In this document: in pieces, positions 35,759-46,126 of the stretch
Layout of the letters: each line of letters begins with the position of its first letter
Numbering within the stretch: the first letter of the stretch is position 1
NCBI GenBank assembly: GCA_002399265.1
Contig: DHDG01000039.1
Location: 33,847-97,846 of the forward strand
Length of the DNA: 64,000 nucleotides
Direction of reading: 5' to 3'
Origin: Firmicutes bacterium UBA4882
Lineage (GTDB): Bacteria > Bacillota > UBA4882
Translations under genes and position numbers: made by a program
Notes under the pieces: model-generated
Database searches by the model: none
What the model was told of the DNA's origin: nothing
Seen by the model: the letters and a program-made list of their open reading frames with translations, nothing else

Positions 35759-38522
35759 TGCGTTCCTCTCCCTCTGATGTCGCCGCAACTTCCGCTATCT
35801 TTTGGGAAGTAGCGGCTGCTGCAACCTTGTTGGAGGCTGTAGCCTCACTATTTGACTTACTATTTGGCTCACTATTTAACTTACTGTATCTATGCTGCCA
35901 TTCATGAAGCAATGTTAAAGCTTCAAGCGGGGTCAGTCTTGATAAGTCAAGCCTGGCTAGTTCAGCAGCGAGTGGCTCCGGTGTAGGTTGAAATAACGCC
36001 AACTGTTGTACAGGTTTGGCGTTTTCGGAGTCGGCAGCAACAGCGGATGCGACTGATGTACCAGTTTTCCGCACTACCATACTCAATTCATCCGCAGCAG
36101 TTCTTTCCAAATCCACAAGAATTTCGCGGGCACGTTCCAGAACCGCAGCAGGCAGGCCTGCCAGCCTGGCAACCTCAATGCCATAACTGCGATCCGCACC
36201 GCCCGGCACGATTTTTCTAAGAAAGACAATGTCTTCTCCGTGCTTGCTAACGGAAACCTGAACATTCTTGATGCCTGGCAGTCGCCCTTCTAATTCTGTC
36301 AGTTCGTGATAGTGCGTGGCAAAAAGCGTTTTTGCACCAATATTCTCCGGATCCTGCAAGTACTCAATGACTGCCCAGGCAATACTGAGTCCGTCATAGG
36401 TACTTGTCCCGCGGCCAATTTCATCCAGAATCAACAGGCTGTTTTTGCCGGCATGATTGAGAATGTTGGCGAGTTCATTCATTTCCACCATGAAAGTACT
36501 CTGTCCGGTCGCCAGATCGTCACTAGCCCCTACCCTTGTGAAAATGCGATCCACAATGGCCAGCCTGGCGTAAGAAGCCGGTACAAAAGAACCGATCTGG
36601 GACAGCAGTACGATCAGCGCTGTCTGTCTCAGAAAGGTACTCTTACCAGCCATATTCGGTCCAGTCACAATCATAATCCGATTATCTTTGAGATCCAAAT
36701 AGAGATCATTCGCCACAAAACTTCCGGCATCGCTCATTTTTTCTACTACAGGATGCCGCCCATCTTTATAAAAAAGCTCTCCTCCTGTGACCAGTTCCGG
36801 ACGAACATAATTATTGCGTACGGCGGTTTCAGCAAACGCGCTCAAAACATCCATTTCGGCAAGAGCCTGGGCGTTTTCCTGCATGATTGACGTAAAACCG
36901 GAGATCGTCTCACGCAGTTTAACAAAGAGCTCATATTCAAGAAGCGCGCCTTTTTCATCGGATCCTAGAATGATATCTTCGTATTTCTTCAGATCAGAGG
37001 TCACAAACCGCTCGCAGTTTGCTAACGTCTGCTTACGCGTATAGTCAGCAGGAACCAGATGCAGATTGGGATTGGTTACTTCTATGTAATATCCGAACAC
37101 CTGATTGAATCCGACCTTGAGTGATTTGATGCCGGTACGTTCTTTTTCCGCCGCTTCAAAGGTGCCCAACCATTCTTTCGCACCAACAGCCACAGTTCTC
37201 AATTCATCGAGTGCCTTGGAAAAGCCTGGTTTAATCAGGCCGCCTTCTTTAATCGCCACAGGCGGATCCTCTACGATGGCTTGGGTGATCGCTGACACTA
37301 CCTCGACCAGTGGATTAATGCGCTGGCAAATGGCAGATAAGGTCGCACTATTAAACCCACCCAGAATACTAATGACTGATGGCAACCGTGACAAAGTCAA
37401 CTGCAATGCATTTAAGTCACGTGCGTTAGCACTGGCGGCGGCAATTCTCCCCGCCAAACGCTCCAAGTCATAAACGCCGTCCAGAGCCATGCGCAGATCA
37501 CCGCGCGCCTGATTATCAGTAGCCAACGCCTCAACCGCTGCATGCCTTTTGCAAATTTCGGCCTGATTGATCAACGGTTGCTCAACCCATTTGCGAATTA
37601 GGCGCCGGCCCATGGGTGTCACAGTGGCATCCAGCACCCAGAGCAAGGAGCCTTGATAATCCCCTTCCCGCAAAGTCCTGGTAAGCTCCAGATTTCTTCT
37701 GGTCGAACTGTCCAGATACATATATTTGCTTGTCTGATAAGAGCTTAGTTTCAGAATCTGCGGAATCGCATGTTTCTGTGTTTCTCGTAAATAGGACAGC
37801 AAAGCCCCAGAGGCCGTGATCGCCAGCGGCCATTCTGAACATCCGAATCCTTCCAAAGAGACTACGCCAAATTGCTCTAAGAGCTCATTGCGTGCATTAT
37901 CATACTGGAAAAAGCGTTCCGCAGTTTCATCGCGATAAATCCCTGGCAGTCTGTCGAAAATGCCGCTCTCCTTGAGCCATGCGGTCTGACGCGGGGCTGT
38001 GATTATTTCCAACGGCGTAATTCTATATAACTCATCCGCCAAAATACCAGCGCAGTTCGCGCCTTCGATTTGGGTGGTAAAAAATTCGCCTGTGGAAATA
38101 TCGGCAAAGGCAAAACCGTAGGCTTCTTTACCAACATAAATACAGGCAATATAACCGTTTTGGCCTTCAAAAGCCGATCCCTCAGCAAATGTGCCCGGCG
38201 TAACTACCCGGACTACTTCTCTTTTCACCAGACCCTTGGCTTCACGCGGATCTTCCACCTGCTCGCAAATAGCCACTTTATAGCCTTTTTCGACCAGCCG
38301 CCCAATATACGACGAGGCGGCATGATATGGCACTCCGCACATCGGCACGCGGTTGTCTTTTCCGGCGTCACGAGAAGTCAGCGTCAATTCAAGTTCTTTA
38401 GAGCCAATCAGGGCGTCGTCATTAAACATCTCATAGAAATCACCCAGCCTGAAGAAAAGAATAGCCCCCGGGTTATCCTTCTTGATTGATAAGTATTGTT
38501 CCAGCATGGGTGTTACAGCCAA
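35751..38522 (-). CDS. mutS: DNA mismatch repair protein MutS (with low-complexity C-terminal tail)
   Basis: The Walker A motif GPNMAGKST, the mismatch-binding N-terminus (LGDFYE), and the clamp domain are present. The start is TTG after GAGGAGG. Confidence 0.9.
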   Translation of the reverse strand: MAVTPMLEQYLSIKKDNPGAILFFRLGDFYEMFNDDALIGSKELELTLTSRDAGKDNRVPMCGVPYHAASSYIGRLVEKGYKVAICEQVEDPREAKGLVKREVVRVVTPGTFAEGSAFEGQNGYIACIYVGKEAYGFAFADISTGEFFTTQIEGANCAGILADELYRITPLEIITAPRQTAWLKESGIFDRLPGIYRDETAERFFQYDNARNELLEQFGVVSLEGFGCSEWPLAITASGALLSYLRETQKHAIPQILKLSSYQTSKYMYLDSSTRRNLELTRTLREGDYQGSLLWVLDATVTPMGRRLIRKWVEQPLINQAEICKRHAAVEALATDNQARGDLRMALDGVYDLERLAGRIAAASANARDLNALQLTLSRLPSVISILGGFNSATLSAICQRINPLVEVVSAITQAIVEDPPVAIKEGGLIKPGFSKALDELRTVAVGAKEWLGTFEAAEKERTGIKSLKVGFNQVFGYYIEVTNPNLHLVPADYTRKQTLANCERFVTSDLKKYEDIILGSDEKGALLEYELFVKLRETISGFTSIMQENAQALAEMDVLSAFAETAVRNNYVRPELVTGGELFYKDGRHPVVEKMSDAGSFVANDLYLDLKDNRIMIVTGPNMAGKSTFLRQTALIVLLSQIGSFVPASYARLAIVDRIFTRVGASDDLATGQSTFMVEMNELANILNHAGKNSLLILDEIGRGTSTYDGLSIAWAVIEYLQDPENIGAKTLFATHYHELTELEGRLPGIKNVQVSVSKHGEDIVFLRKIVPGGADRSYGIEVARLAGLPAAVLERAREILVDLERTAADELSMVVRKTGTSVASAVAADSENAKPVQQLALFQPTPEPLAAELARLDLSRLTPLEALTLLHEWQHRYSKLNSEPNSKSNSEATASNKVAAAATSQKIAEVAATSEGEERNG

Positions 38523-38595
38523 TGGGTCGAGGCCTCCTCGCAGAACTTTTTAGAGAACAGGTAGAGGACAAGCGCGGCACATGCGCCGGACTCCT

Positions 38596-39978
38596 CTAAC
38601 TCTGCCTGGTCCCATAAAGTGTATGGGTTTGCCCTTCGGTGATCAGAACTTTAATAGTCTGGCCAACTGCCATACCGACTTCATAATTGAAATGAACCAG
38701 CTTATTACTTCTAGTGCGGCCTACCCAGACGGTCTCTTCCCGCTGGCTGGGACCTTCCACCAGGATCTCGTGAACGCGCCCGGTCTCAGCCTGATTTAGT
38801 TCCAGACTGATCCCGTTTTGCAGGTTAATAAGCTGCTGCAAGCGTTCTTGTTTGATCGCAGCATCAACTTGCTCATTACTTGCGGCCGCCGGCGTGCCCT
38901 TTCTGGGAGAATAGGCAAAGGTAAAGGCGGAATCATATCGGACTGCCTTCATAACCGCCAGCGTATCCTCAAAATCCGCAGCACTTTCACCCGGAAACCC
39001 GACAATAATATCAGTTGTCAGCGAAATTTCAGGCATGGCATGACGGAGACCGTCGACAATATTGAGATAATGTGCCACAGTATAACCCCGGTTCATCAAG
39101 CGCAAAACGCGATCACTACCTGCCTGCAGTGGCAAATGCAAGTGTTCACAGACTTTCTCACAATCTGCCATCGTCTGGATCAGTTTAGTTGTGACATCAC
39201 GGGGATGGGAAGTCTGAAAACGAATGCGCTCTATTCCGGGCACACCATTGGCAGCCCGTAGCAGATCAGCAAAATCAGGCTGCCCGTCCAAATCTTTTCC
39301 ATAAGAGTTGACGTTCTGCCCTAGCAATGTAACTTCGCGCACACCAGCATTACCCAGCATAGAAAGTTCGGCAAGAATGTCACTCATTTGTCGACTTTTT
39401 TCGCGACCCCGCACATAGGGAACAATGCAGTAGGAACAAAAGTTATTGCACCCGTGCATAATCGTAACCCAGGCTTTGAGTTGCGAAGCTCGCTTAACCG
39501 GAATGTCCTCAACGACATCCCCTTCTGCCAGAATTTCGCAAATCGGTTTTCCGGTCTCTTTGAACCTGGCAATCAGCTCCGGAAGCCTGTGGGTATTATG
39601 TGTGCCAAATACTAAATCAACATGCGCTAATTGCCGCATAAGCGCTGCTGCTTCTCCGGGCTGCTGCGGCAGACAGCCGCATACACCAATTATAGCGTCG
39701 GGCTTGGTTTTCTTAATCCTTTTTAGACTGGCGACATGTCCATAAAGCCTTTGCGCAGCATTTTCCCGAACACAGCAAGTGTTGAATAGCGTTACGTCTG
39801 CCTCATCAGATTCCGTTCGTTGATAGCCCATTTTTTCCAAAATTCCGGCCAGTATCTCGGAATCGTGTTCATTCATCTGACATCCAAAAGTTACAATGCG
39901 ATAAGTTTTTGTTTCCAAAGAACTAATCCTCCGTTTGGCTATGTATCTATCATAACACAAAACAAGTTTTTCCCACAC
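38596..39978 (-). CDS. miaB: tRNA-i6A37 methylthiotransferase MiaB (radical SAM)
   Basis: An MTTase N-domain, a radical-SAM CxxxCxxC (CNNFCSYC) and a TRAM domain are present. Confidence 0.9.
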   Translation of the reverse strand: MWEKLVLCYDRYIAKRRISSLETKTYRIVTFGCQMNEHDSEILAGILEKMGYQRTESDEADVTLFNTCCVRENAAQRLYGHVASLKRIKKTKPDAIIGVCGCLPQQPGEAAALMRQLAHVDLVFGTHNTHRLPELIARFKETGKPICEILAEGDVVEDIPVKRASQLKAWVTIMHGCNNFCSYCIVPYVRGREKSRQMSDILAELSMLGNAGVREVTLLGQNVNSYGKDLDGQPDFADLLRAANGVPGIERIRFQTSHPRDVTTKLIQTMADCEKVCEHLHLPLQAGSDRVLRLMNRGYTVAHYLNIVDGLRHAMPEISLTTDIIVGFPGESAADFEDTLAVMKAVRYDSAFTFAYSPRKGTPAAASNEQVDAAIKQERLQQLINLQNGISLELNQAETGRVHEILVEGPSQREETVWVGRTRSNKLVHFNYEVGMAVGQTIKVLITEGQTHTLYGTRQS

Positions 39979-40072
39979 TCCACCAATGACGGAACAACAA
40001 AAAAGTCACTAAAAAGCCGGCTGAAAATGCATATTTTCCAGCCGGCGATCAAATCAGTACCAGAGAATCAAA

Positions 40073-40297
40073 CTACTTGGAGCTTGAATCACCAGATGCC
40101 TTGGCTACAGGTTTATGGCTGCGGTTATCAGTTGAATAAAAACCGCTGCCCAAGAAGATAATGTTAGCATTGCGGCTAATTAGACGGCGGATATCCTCCG
40201 AACCGCACTGCGGACAAACTTTGAACGGTGCTTCGGTAATTCTTTGTAAAGCTTCAAATCGACCACAGTGATGGCATTCATAATCATAAGTAGGCAT
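40073..40297 (-). CDS. FmdB-family zinc-ribbon protein (second copy in window)
   Basis: MPTYDYECHHCG...CPQCGS. Confidence 0.6.
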   Translation of the reverse strand: MPTYDYECHHCGRFEALQRITEAPFKVCPQCGSEDIRRLISRNANIIFLGSGFYSTDNRSHKPVAKASGDSSSK

Positions 40298-40363
40298 TTT
40301 AGCAGCATCTCCTGACGAGTGATAATTGTTATAAGAATAGTATATCCCTGCCCAAAAGGCGTG

Positions 40364-41035
40364 TCAAGATACCGGACTACTGCCGCTAAACAACTCCTGA
40401 ACCTCTTTTTCCCGGTATGGCTGACATAATGCCAAAACCTGATCGCCGGCCTGAACTAGAGTACTACCACGCGGTACTTTAGCGGAATTCTCTTTGAAAA
40501 TGGTTATGATAATACATTCCGCTGGCAACTCCAGTTCGTTAATACGCTTGCCGACAGCTTTGGAATCGGAAGCTACCTGAATCTGAGTCATGCGCAAATC
40601 GCCTATTGAGCGTGGCAGAATGGCCCCGACTAATTTGGCATCTACTTCTTTTTGAATCAGACCGGCCAGCAGTGACGTAGGACAGACCGTCATGTTAACG
40701 CCCAGCCACCTAAACAGCTCAGCGTTGCCCGGATTATTAACCAAAGTAAAAGTACGCTCTACTTTAAAATGTCTCTCAGCTAACTGGCAAATTACCAGAT
40801 TATCATGATCGTCATTGGTTAGCGCAACAACGGCCTGAGCCCGCTCGGCATCCGCTTTCTTCAGAAAATTCTCTTCAGCTCCATCGCCATGGATTACCTT
40901 GACGTTCAGATCTTTCTTTATTTGCCGACATTTTTCGGAATCGCGCTCTATTACACAAACCTCATGATCGTTTTGGCTGAGCATCTTAGCGAGATGATAT
41001 CCCGAGCGCCCGCCACCGATGATGATTATATACAT
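40364..41035 (-). CDS. trkA: TrkA/KtrA-type potassium transporter NAD-binding subunit
   Basis: An RCK_N Rossmann motif (IIIGGGRSG) and an RCK_C domain are present. The ATG at 41035 (MYIIII) was chosen. The track ORF starts 8 codons earlier. Confidence 0.75.
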   Translation of the reverse strand: MYIIIIGGGRSGYHLAKMLSQNDHEVCVIERDSEKCRQIKKDLNVKVIHGDGAEENFLKKADAERAQAVVALTNDDHDNLVICQLAERHFKVERTFTLVNNPGNAELFRWLGVNMTVCPTSLLAGLIQKEVDAKLVGAILPRSIGDLRMTQIQVASDSKAVGKRINELELPAECIIITIFKENSAKVPRGSTLVQAGDQVLALCQPYREKEVQELFSGSSPVS

Positions 41036-41145
41036 CTTGCGAATGACCCCCTCTTCCAACCTTATCTATTTTATCAGTCCGAGAGGGCCTAATCAACTCC
41101 ACTTCATCTTTTATCGATAATCTTTCATAAGTTTTCTTTTCCAGG

Positions 41146-42009
41146 TTATCTTTTATCCAACTCTTTTGCCATCGCGATTGCGGCAATCTGCCCCTGACCA
41201 ACTGCTCTGGCAATTTGCCATGGTCTTCCGGTGCAATCGCCAGCCGCATAAACTCCAGGAATATTGGTCTCCATATTTTCATCAATAATGATCTTTTCAT
41301 TGACAATCTGCAATCCGTCGATCAGTTTTAAAGGCGGGATGCCTGGTCGCTCAATGAAAATCCCTTGAACAGACAGACTTTGATCGCCAATTTCGATCGC
41401 CGCGACCGTCTCTTGGCCGGTAATGCTCTTCGGCACTCCGGATAAAATGGTGACATTTTCCGCAATGCTTTGAGGCAGCGGCCGGTATTGCGGTATATAA
41501 TAAACTCGCCTGCAAATACCAGCCAAAAAGCGCGCTTCTGTTTCAGCTTCCGGTAAATAGGCAATCATAGCTACGTCTTTGCCCCTAAAAAAGGCACCAT
41601 CGCAAGTGGCACAATAGCTGACACCCTTACCTTCAAATTCATTTTCTCCTGGAATGCTTTTATTTTCCATTACTCCTACGGCCAATAATAGTTTTCTGGC
41701 CTGATACTGCTCCTCACGCCCCATCACCCAGAAAACATCGCCGTCTTTGACAATCTGCTGCGCCTCATCGCGTTTGAATTCAGTTCCCATGGCGCTGGCA
41801 TGCTCATATAAAGCTTTGCCTAGCTCTGTGCCTGTAATGTCGGCAATTCCAGGATAATTGGCAACTTTAGGCGCGGCCTGCAGTTTATGGCTAATCTGCT
41901 CTTTTGCCAGCACCAAGACTTGTTTGTTTCTCTTGCGGGCATTAATCGCGGCCGAAAGCCCCGCCGGACCTCCACCGATAATCAAAATCGGCCAGACAAA
42001 TGTACTCAA
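41146..42009 (-). CDS. Thioredoxin-disulfide reductase family flavoprotein (TrxB-like)
   Basis: The FAD motif IIGGGPAG, the redox-active CATCDG and a second dinucleotide motif are present. The likely start is the TTG at 42009, preceded by GGGAGGT 9 nt upstream. The track ATG at 42027 has no SD. Confidence 0.75.
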   Translation of the reverse strand: MSTFVWPILIIGGGPAGLSAAINARKRNKQVLVLAKEQISHKLQAAPKVANYPGIADITGTELGKALYEHASAMGTEFKRDEAQQIVKDGDVFWVMGREEQYQARKLLLAVGVMENKSIPGENEFEGKGVSYCATCDGAFFRGKDVAMIAYLPEAETEARFLAGICRRVYYIPQYRPLPQSIAENVTILSGVPKSITGQETVAAIEIGDQSLSVQGIFIERPGIPPLKLIDGLQIVNEKIIIDENMETNIPGVYAAGDCTGRPWQIARAVGQGQIAAIAMAKELDKR

Positions 42010-42035
42010 TGGACTGATACCTCCCACATTGTCTG

Positions 42036-42278
42036 CTAAAAGTAGGATGTTCTCACTGTCACCCCGCCTATTTGAGTCAACTCCTGTTCCAGATTTTTGA
42101 TCTCTTCCGTATCAGCTTCCAGACTTAATGTAATTAACCCGTTATTCCCGTTTTCCTGGGAAACGCCCGTGCGACAGCGGATGATTGTGCCATGCTCGGT
42201 CAGAACCTCCTGGAGTTGTGGTGCGTTTTGGCACCGATTGTCAACTAACAGACCCATAACAGCCATTTTTTTGCTCAT
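42036..42278 (-). CDS. Small ACT-like regulatory protein, TM1266 family (putative iron-only hydrogenase system regulator-like)
   Basis: About 80 aa with the MAVMGLLVDNR...GLITLSLEADTEEIKNLEQ pattern. The ATG at 42278 is preceded by AAAGGA. Confidence 0.45.
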   Translation of the reverse strand: MSKKMAVMGLLVDNRCQNAPQLQEVLTEHGTIIRCRTGVSQENGNNGLITLSLEADTEEIKNLEQELTQIGGVTVRTSYF

Positions 42279-42457
42279 AATATGCATCCTTTCTCTGCCC
42301 TTTTTCATTAATGACACTGTTTACTGTAACCCGAATACCAAGATTTCTATTCGACCACCTGCGCAGGGTTTAATAGCTGAGATTTCCGATTGTGCCAGTA
42401 AAATAGTATAATCACGCGGACCTTTATCGACCAAAATACTAGCGAGGAGGTGATCTA

Positions 42458-42814
42458 ATGGGCAGTGGGCAAAAATCTAATACTCCTGTTGTTCAGCAGG
42501 CATATAAAGCCCTGGATCAATTCAAATATGAAGTTGCCAATGAGCTTGGCATTGATCAAAACCAGATCTACGGCGGCTACTGGGGCAACCTAACTTCTCG
42601 CGACTGCGGAGCAGTCGGGGGACATATGGTACGCCGCATGATTGAAGCTGCTGAACGTTCCCTGGCCGAACAGACTATGGCAGGCGTAAAAACCGGCTTC
42701 CAGTCGGCTTTCAACGCTAGCAGCAATCTGAACGTCAATCCGAACAATATTACCGGTACGAAACCCAGTTTCACCCAGTCTCCGTCCAGTGAGGGACCCA
42801 CTCGTTACGTATAA
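42458..42814 (+). CDS. Small acid-soluble spore protein, alpha/beta type, with ~45-aa Q/N/S-rich C-terminal extension
   Basis: The SASP signatures KALDQFKYEVANELGI and GGHMVRRMIEAAE are present. A strong RBS AGGAGGTGAT is present. Confidence 0.85.
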   Translation: MGSGQKSNTPVVQQAYKALDQFKYEVANELGIDQNQIYGGYWGNLTSRDCGAVGGHMVRRMIEAAERSLAEQTMAGVKTGFQSAFNASSNLNVNPNNITGTKPSFTQSPSSEGPTRYV

Positions 42815-42870
42815 TAGTTCCTGTATAAGCAAATAAGCAAATTCCCAAATAACACATGGAGGTGTAATTC

Positions 42871-43203
42871 ATGGGTAGTGGACAGAGAAGCAATGCTCCC
42901 GTAGTCCAGCAGGCGTACAAAGCCCTGGATCAGTTTAAATACGAAATCGCCAATGAGCTCGGCATTGATCAGAATCAAATCTATGGCGGTTACTGGGGTA
43001 ACCTGACCTCCCGTGACTGCGGAGCAGTCGGAGGTCATATGGTACGGCGCATGATCGAAGCTGCTGAACAATCATTGGCTCAGCAGGCCCTGGCTGGTAT
43101 GAAAACCGGATTCCAGACCGGCTTTAATGCGGCGGGAAGCAACCCGAACCAGAGTGTGAAAATCGGCACCACACCAAACCAAGGTCCGAATACCTATCAG
43201 TAA
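42871..43203 (+). CDS. Small acid-soluble spore protein, alpha/beta type (second tandem copy), extended C-terminus
   Basis: The conserved core is the same. RBS GGAGGTG is present. Confidence 0.85.
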   Translation: MGSGQRSNAPVVQQAYKALDQFKYEIANELGIDQNQIYGGYWGNLTSRDCGAVGGHMVRRMIEAAEQSLAQQALAGMKTGFQTGFNAAGSNPNQSVKIGTTPNQGPNTYQ

Positions 43204-43272
43204 ACTCAACTGTAAACACAATAGCAAACGCAACAATAAACTTAATACCGAACGTTACTTAGGCGGCTAAGA

Positions 43273-43305
43273 ACAAAAAGCGGGGCTGCCAATGGCGGCC
43301 TCGCT
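43273..43305 (-). terminator. Terminator-like hairpin after the SLH-domain gene
   Basis: An imperfect GC-rich stem is followed by UUUUUGUUC on the minus strand. Confidence 0.4.
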
Positions 43306-43320
43306 TATGCTACGCAGCAG

Positions 43321-44058
43321 TTACGGGAACAGCACTCCCAAGACGCCAGCGGCAACGGCTAATACGATCGCGATAATGCTCCAGACACGAGCGTCTTTTT
43401 GCGCTTTTTCGGCATCTGCCTTGGCAGTTTCCAATTCGGAATTCAGCTGCGCTATTTCAGCGTCGTGTTTTTCATCCGCCGCTGCGGAATCCTCTGTAAG
43501 TGCGGCCACAGAATTCTCAAGAGCGGAAAGATCCGTTTCCATGCCTGTCAATTTTTGTTCTGCTTCGGTAACCCTGTTTTTGAGGGCGATGATTTCCTGC
43601 AAGGATTTGGCCATTTCATCCCGCACCTGACCGGTCTCTGTTTTCCAGGCTGCCATATCAGCACCCATCGCAGTGCGATCACGCTCGTATTGTGCGAGCG
43701 CTTCTTCCAGATTTTTTGTGCGCAAAGAAAGAGCTACTAGTTCTTGCCGAAATTCACCAGTTAGCCGGCGCATCAGATCAGCGTCTTCCTGATTCATGCT
43801 AATGGAACCCGCCACTGAGTCACCGAGCAGTCTTGAGACAACCACGGCCAACGTGAAACGATCGACCGGTTGGTTCCCCCTGAAAGTATTGTCAGCGTAT
43901 AATCCTAAGTACCCTTCTGAAACAAGCTTTTTCACGGCCTGGTACGCCCAATGGTTTGACTGGACATCCGCAATCTGCGGATCAGCCGCTGACGCGACAG
44001 CAGCTGTCGAAACTGCCAGGGTGAGTGCCAGTATGAGAGCGATCGACAAACGTTTCAT
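43321..44058 (-). CDS. SLH-domain protein with coiled-coil region and C-terminal TM anchor
   Basis: A signal peptide and an SLH motif (WAYQAVKKLVSEGYLGLYADNTFRGNQPVDRFTLAVVVSRLL) are present. The ATG at 44058 is preceded by AGGAGG. Confidence 0.7.
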   Translation of the reverse strand: MKRLSIALILALTLAVSTAAVASAADPQIADVQSNHWAYQAVKKLVSEGYLGLYADNTFRGNQPVDRFTLAVVVSRLLGDSVAGSISMNQEDADLMRRLTGEFRQELVALSLRTKNLEEALAQYERDRTAMGADMAAWKTETGQVRDEMAKSLQEIIALKNRVTEAEQKLTGMETDLSALENSVAALTEDSAAADEKHDAEIAQLNSELETAKADAEKAQKDARVWSIIAIVLAVAAGVLGVLFP

Positions 44059-44143
44059 GCCCGTACCTCCTGCCTTTTTATTCAATCTTATTTGGCATGC
44101 CGCCACTGACTGCTATGGCGCAATCAGCTTATGGCGCAACCTA

Positions 44144-46126
44144 CTATTGATCCTTATTCTCGCTGACTGCGGTGACTGGCACAGGTTTTCCAGACGGATC
44201 CAGCAAGCGCAGAACGGCACTCTGCATGGCCAGCGGACCGTTACCGCCGGACTTTCTCCTGACCCAAACCGTGGCAAAATTCTCAAACTGTTTGCCTGTC
44301 GCTGTGGAACGGGTAGCTTCCAGCAACACCGCGTTCCCTTCCATGACAGGCTCTCTCAGCCAAGATAAAACTTTGCCGTCTTGCACCATAAACCCGCCTC
44401 TTTGAACAGCCAGCAGTTCTGTATCCGAATCAAAAGTTACCCGCAGCGCGAGCTGGGACGCTTCTGGCAGATTGACCAGGTCAATATCCACTTGGTACCA
44501 TCCTGGCCGTTCCGTGACCGGTGCAGAAACGCTCCTTATCTGACGAGGTAAATCAGGCCATTGAATCGCATTGGACCCAGAAATTACCTTGTTTTCATTA
44601 CATCCCGTCAAGATCTTGAACCCGGTAGAACCTACCCCACCCGAAGAAACAACGGACCAGCGTACCAACACTTCAGTGCCGGGGGCAAGTTTGCCAATAT
44701 AGCGGCGTGACGACTCTCCAGGGGCCAGTTCAATGCCGTTACCCGGAGCCAGCTCAGCCCAGGTATCAGTTGCAACATCTCCGCCATCATTGGAGACAAT
44801 CGCCTGCACTGCCACAGGATACGGTTCATATCGTCCCGTGACTGATTTAACCATAGGCGGGTCCAAGACCGTCAATCCCAGTTTGGGAGGGGCAATCAGC
44901 TTGATTTTGCGTTCGACGATGACCGGGTCACTTTCAAAGGCGTGACCGCGAACATTAATGGTTGCTGTCCCGGAGCCTACCGCTGTGAAAGTCCAAGCGG
45001 CTTGACGCGTTTCGCCCGGCTTTAGTGACCCAATATCTACTTTAATGGGGTTCAAAAGCCGCAATGAATTGGGAACGTCAATAGTCAGTGATACGTCACG
45101 TGCTACACCTTCACCGCGGTTTTCCAGATAGGCTAATACAATGTACTGCTCGGTAGTTCCCGACTGAACAGACGCCGGCGCGGTGACACCCAGTGTCAAC
45201 TCGCCCTTAGAAATGGTGACGCCACCCAGGCCATAATATGTTACCCGTGACAGAGCGGCTCCGGGAGGTAAATCCGTTGCATCCCACATTAGAGCTACGG
45301 CACTATCATATTCAAATTCACCAACTCTGGTAAAGTCTCTGCCCGCAATCAAGACGGGGTTCCATGGCTGATCCGCAAAGGTGCCCCAGTTGGAAAAGAA
45401 AAGACGATCAGGGGTGGTCAGCTCACCGCCGGCAAGTGTCCCCTGGGCGATGACTTTGGGCTCTTCCAGAGAATCAAAAGCCTGCCAGTATGACTGGATA
45501 GTTGAGCCCTGCGCGCCATAATCCGTAAGGATCTGTTTCTCGCCCATACGGAACGGAGCACCGTCATTTTCCCCAAGCATGGCGTCAATGCAAACCCGCA
45601 AACCGACTGAATGGTAGACTTGTCCTCTGTTCACCATGGTATACGCAATTCTGGCGGTATCCGGCAACCCGGTAGTTGGCCCGTCAACAATCGAGATGTA
45701 TTGCGTTACTTCCAGATCACCATAGCGCCACGCCGTGACAATTGCCCCGTCGCGCACTTCCGGTTTTTGAATCATCAGGCCGGTGGCCAACCCCTCGCCG
45801 GCACGCTTTGATACCGGACCGCCAAACGCGAACAATAAGCCGTTCATATTAATCGTGGTATAAGAGGTCCAGGGAAGAGGGCGGCCATAAATCAAAGGCT
45901 GGTTATCGTCGTCATCACGTTCAGGATCTCCGCCTGTTACATCAACCGCAAAACGGCCGCGCCCATCCGCGGTATTATTGACAAAAACCTTGATATATTC
46001 GTTTTCAATTGTCACCAAGGACTGGTCTTCCGCAGAAACCAGCGCACCCAATAAAAAGGCGACCGCAATTACGGCTGTCCAAAGCAGGGTAAATGAAGTA
46101 TACTTCTTCGCGTGTCTCATTCTCAT
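44144..46126 (-). CDS. Large secreted protein (660 aa, signal peptide, beta-rich; no recognisable catalytic motif), translationally coupled to tonB
   Basis: The ATG overlaps the tonB TGA (ATGA). The N-terminus is signal-peptide-like (KKYTSFTLLWTAVIAVAFLLGALVSA). The protein does not look like a TonB-dependent receptor (no plug, no C-terminal aromatic residue). Confidence 0.6.
   Translation of the reverse strand: MRMRHAKKYTSFTLLWTAVIAVAFLLGALVSAEDQSLVTIENEYIKVFVNNTADGRGRFAVDVTGGDPERDDDDNQPLIYGRPLPWTSYTTINMNGLLFAFGGPVSKRAGEGLATGLMIQKPEVRDGAIVTAWRYGDLEVTQYISIVDGPTTGLPDTARIAYTMVNRGQVYHSVGLRVCIDAMLGENDGAPFRMGEKQILTDYGAQGSTIQSYWQAFDSLEEPKVIAQGTLAGGELTTPDRLFFSNWGTFADQPWNPVLIAGRDFTRVGEFEYDSAVALMWDATDLPPGAALSRVTYYGLGGVTISKGELTLGVTAPASVQSGTTEQYIVLAYLENRGEGVARDVSLTIDVPNSLRLLNPIKVDIGSLKPGETRQAAWTFTAVGSGTATINVRGHAFESDPVIVERKIKLIAPPKLGLTVLDPPMVKSVTGRYEPYPVAVQAIVSNDGGDVATDTWAELAPGNGIELAPGESSRRYIGKLAPGTEVLVRWSVVSSGGVGSTGFKILTGCNENKVISGSNAIQWPDLPRQIRSVSAPVTERPGWYQVDIDLVNLPEASQLALRVTFDSDTELLAVQRGGFMVQDGKVLSWLREPVMEGNAVLLEATRSTATGKQFENFATVWVRRKSGGNGPLAMQSAVLRLLDPSGKPVPVTAVSENKDQ

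Noticed and set aside
36306-36890. Plus-strand 194-aa ORF inside mutS, and similar antisense ORFs inside priA, purL, mutL and the 700-aa secreted gene
   Set aside because: All lie antisense within long, confidently identified genes. They have no start context and are typical artefacts.
42350-42457. Forespore-type promoter upstream of the first SASP gene
   Set aside because: Only a sigma-A-like TATAAT is visible. There is no convincing GNATR-N17/18-CATNNTA pattern, so no call was made.
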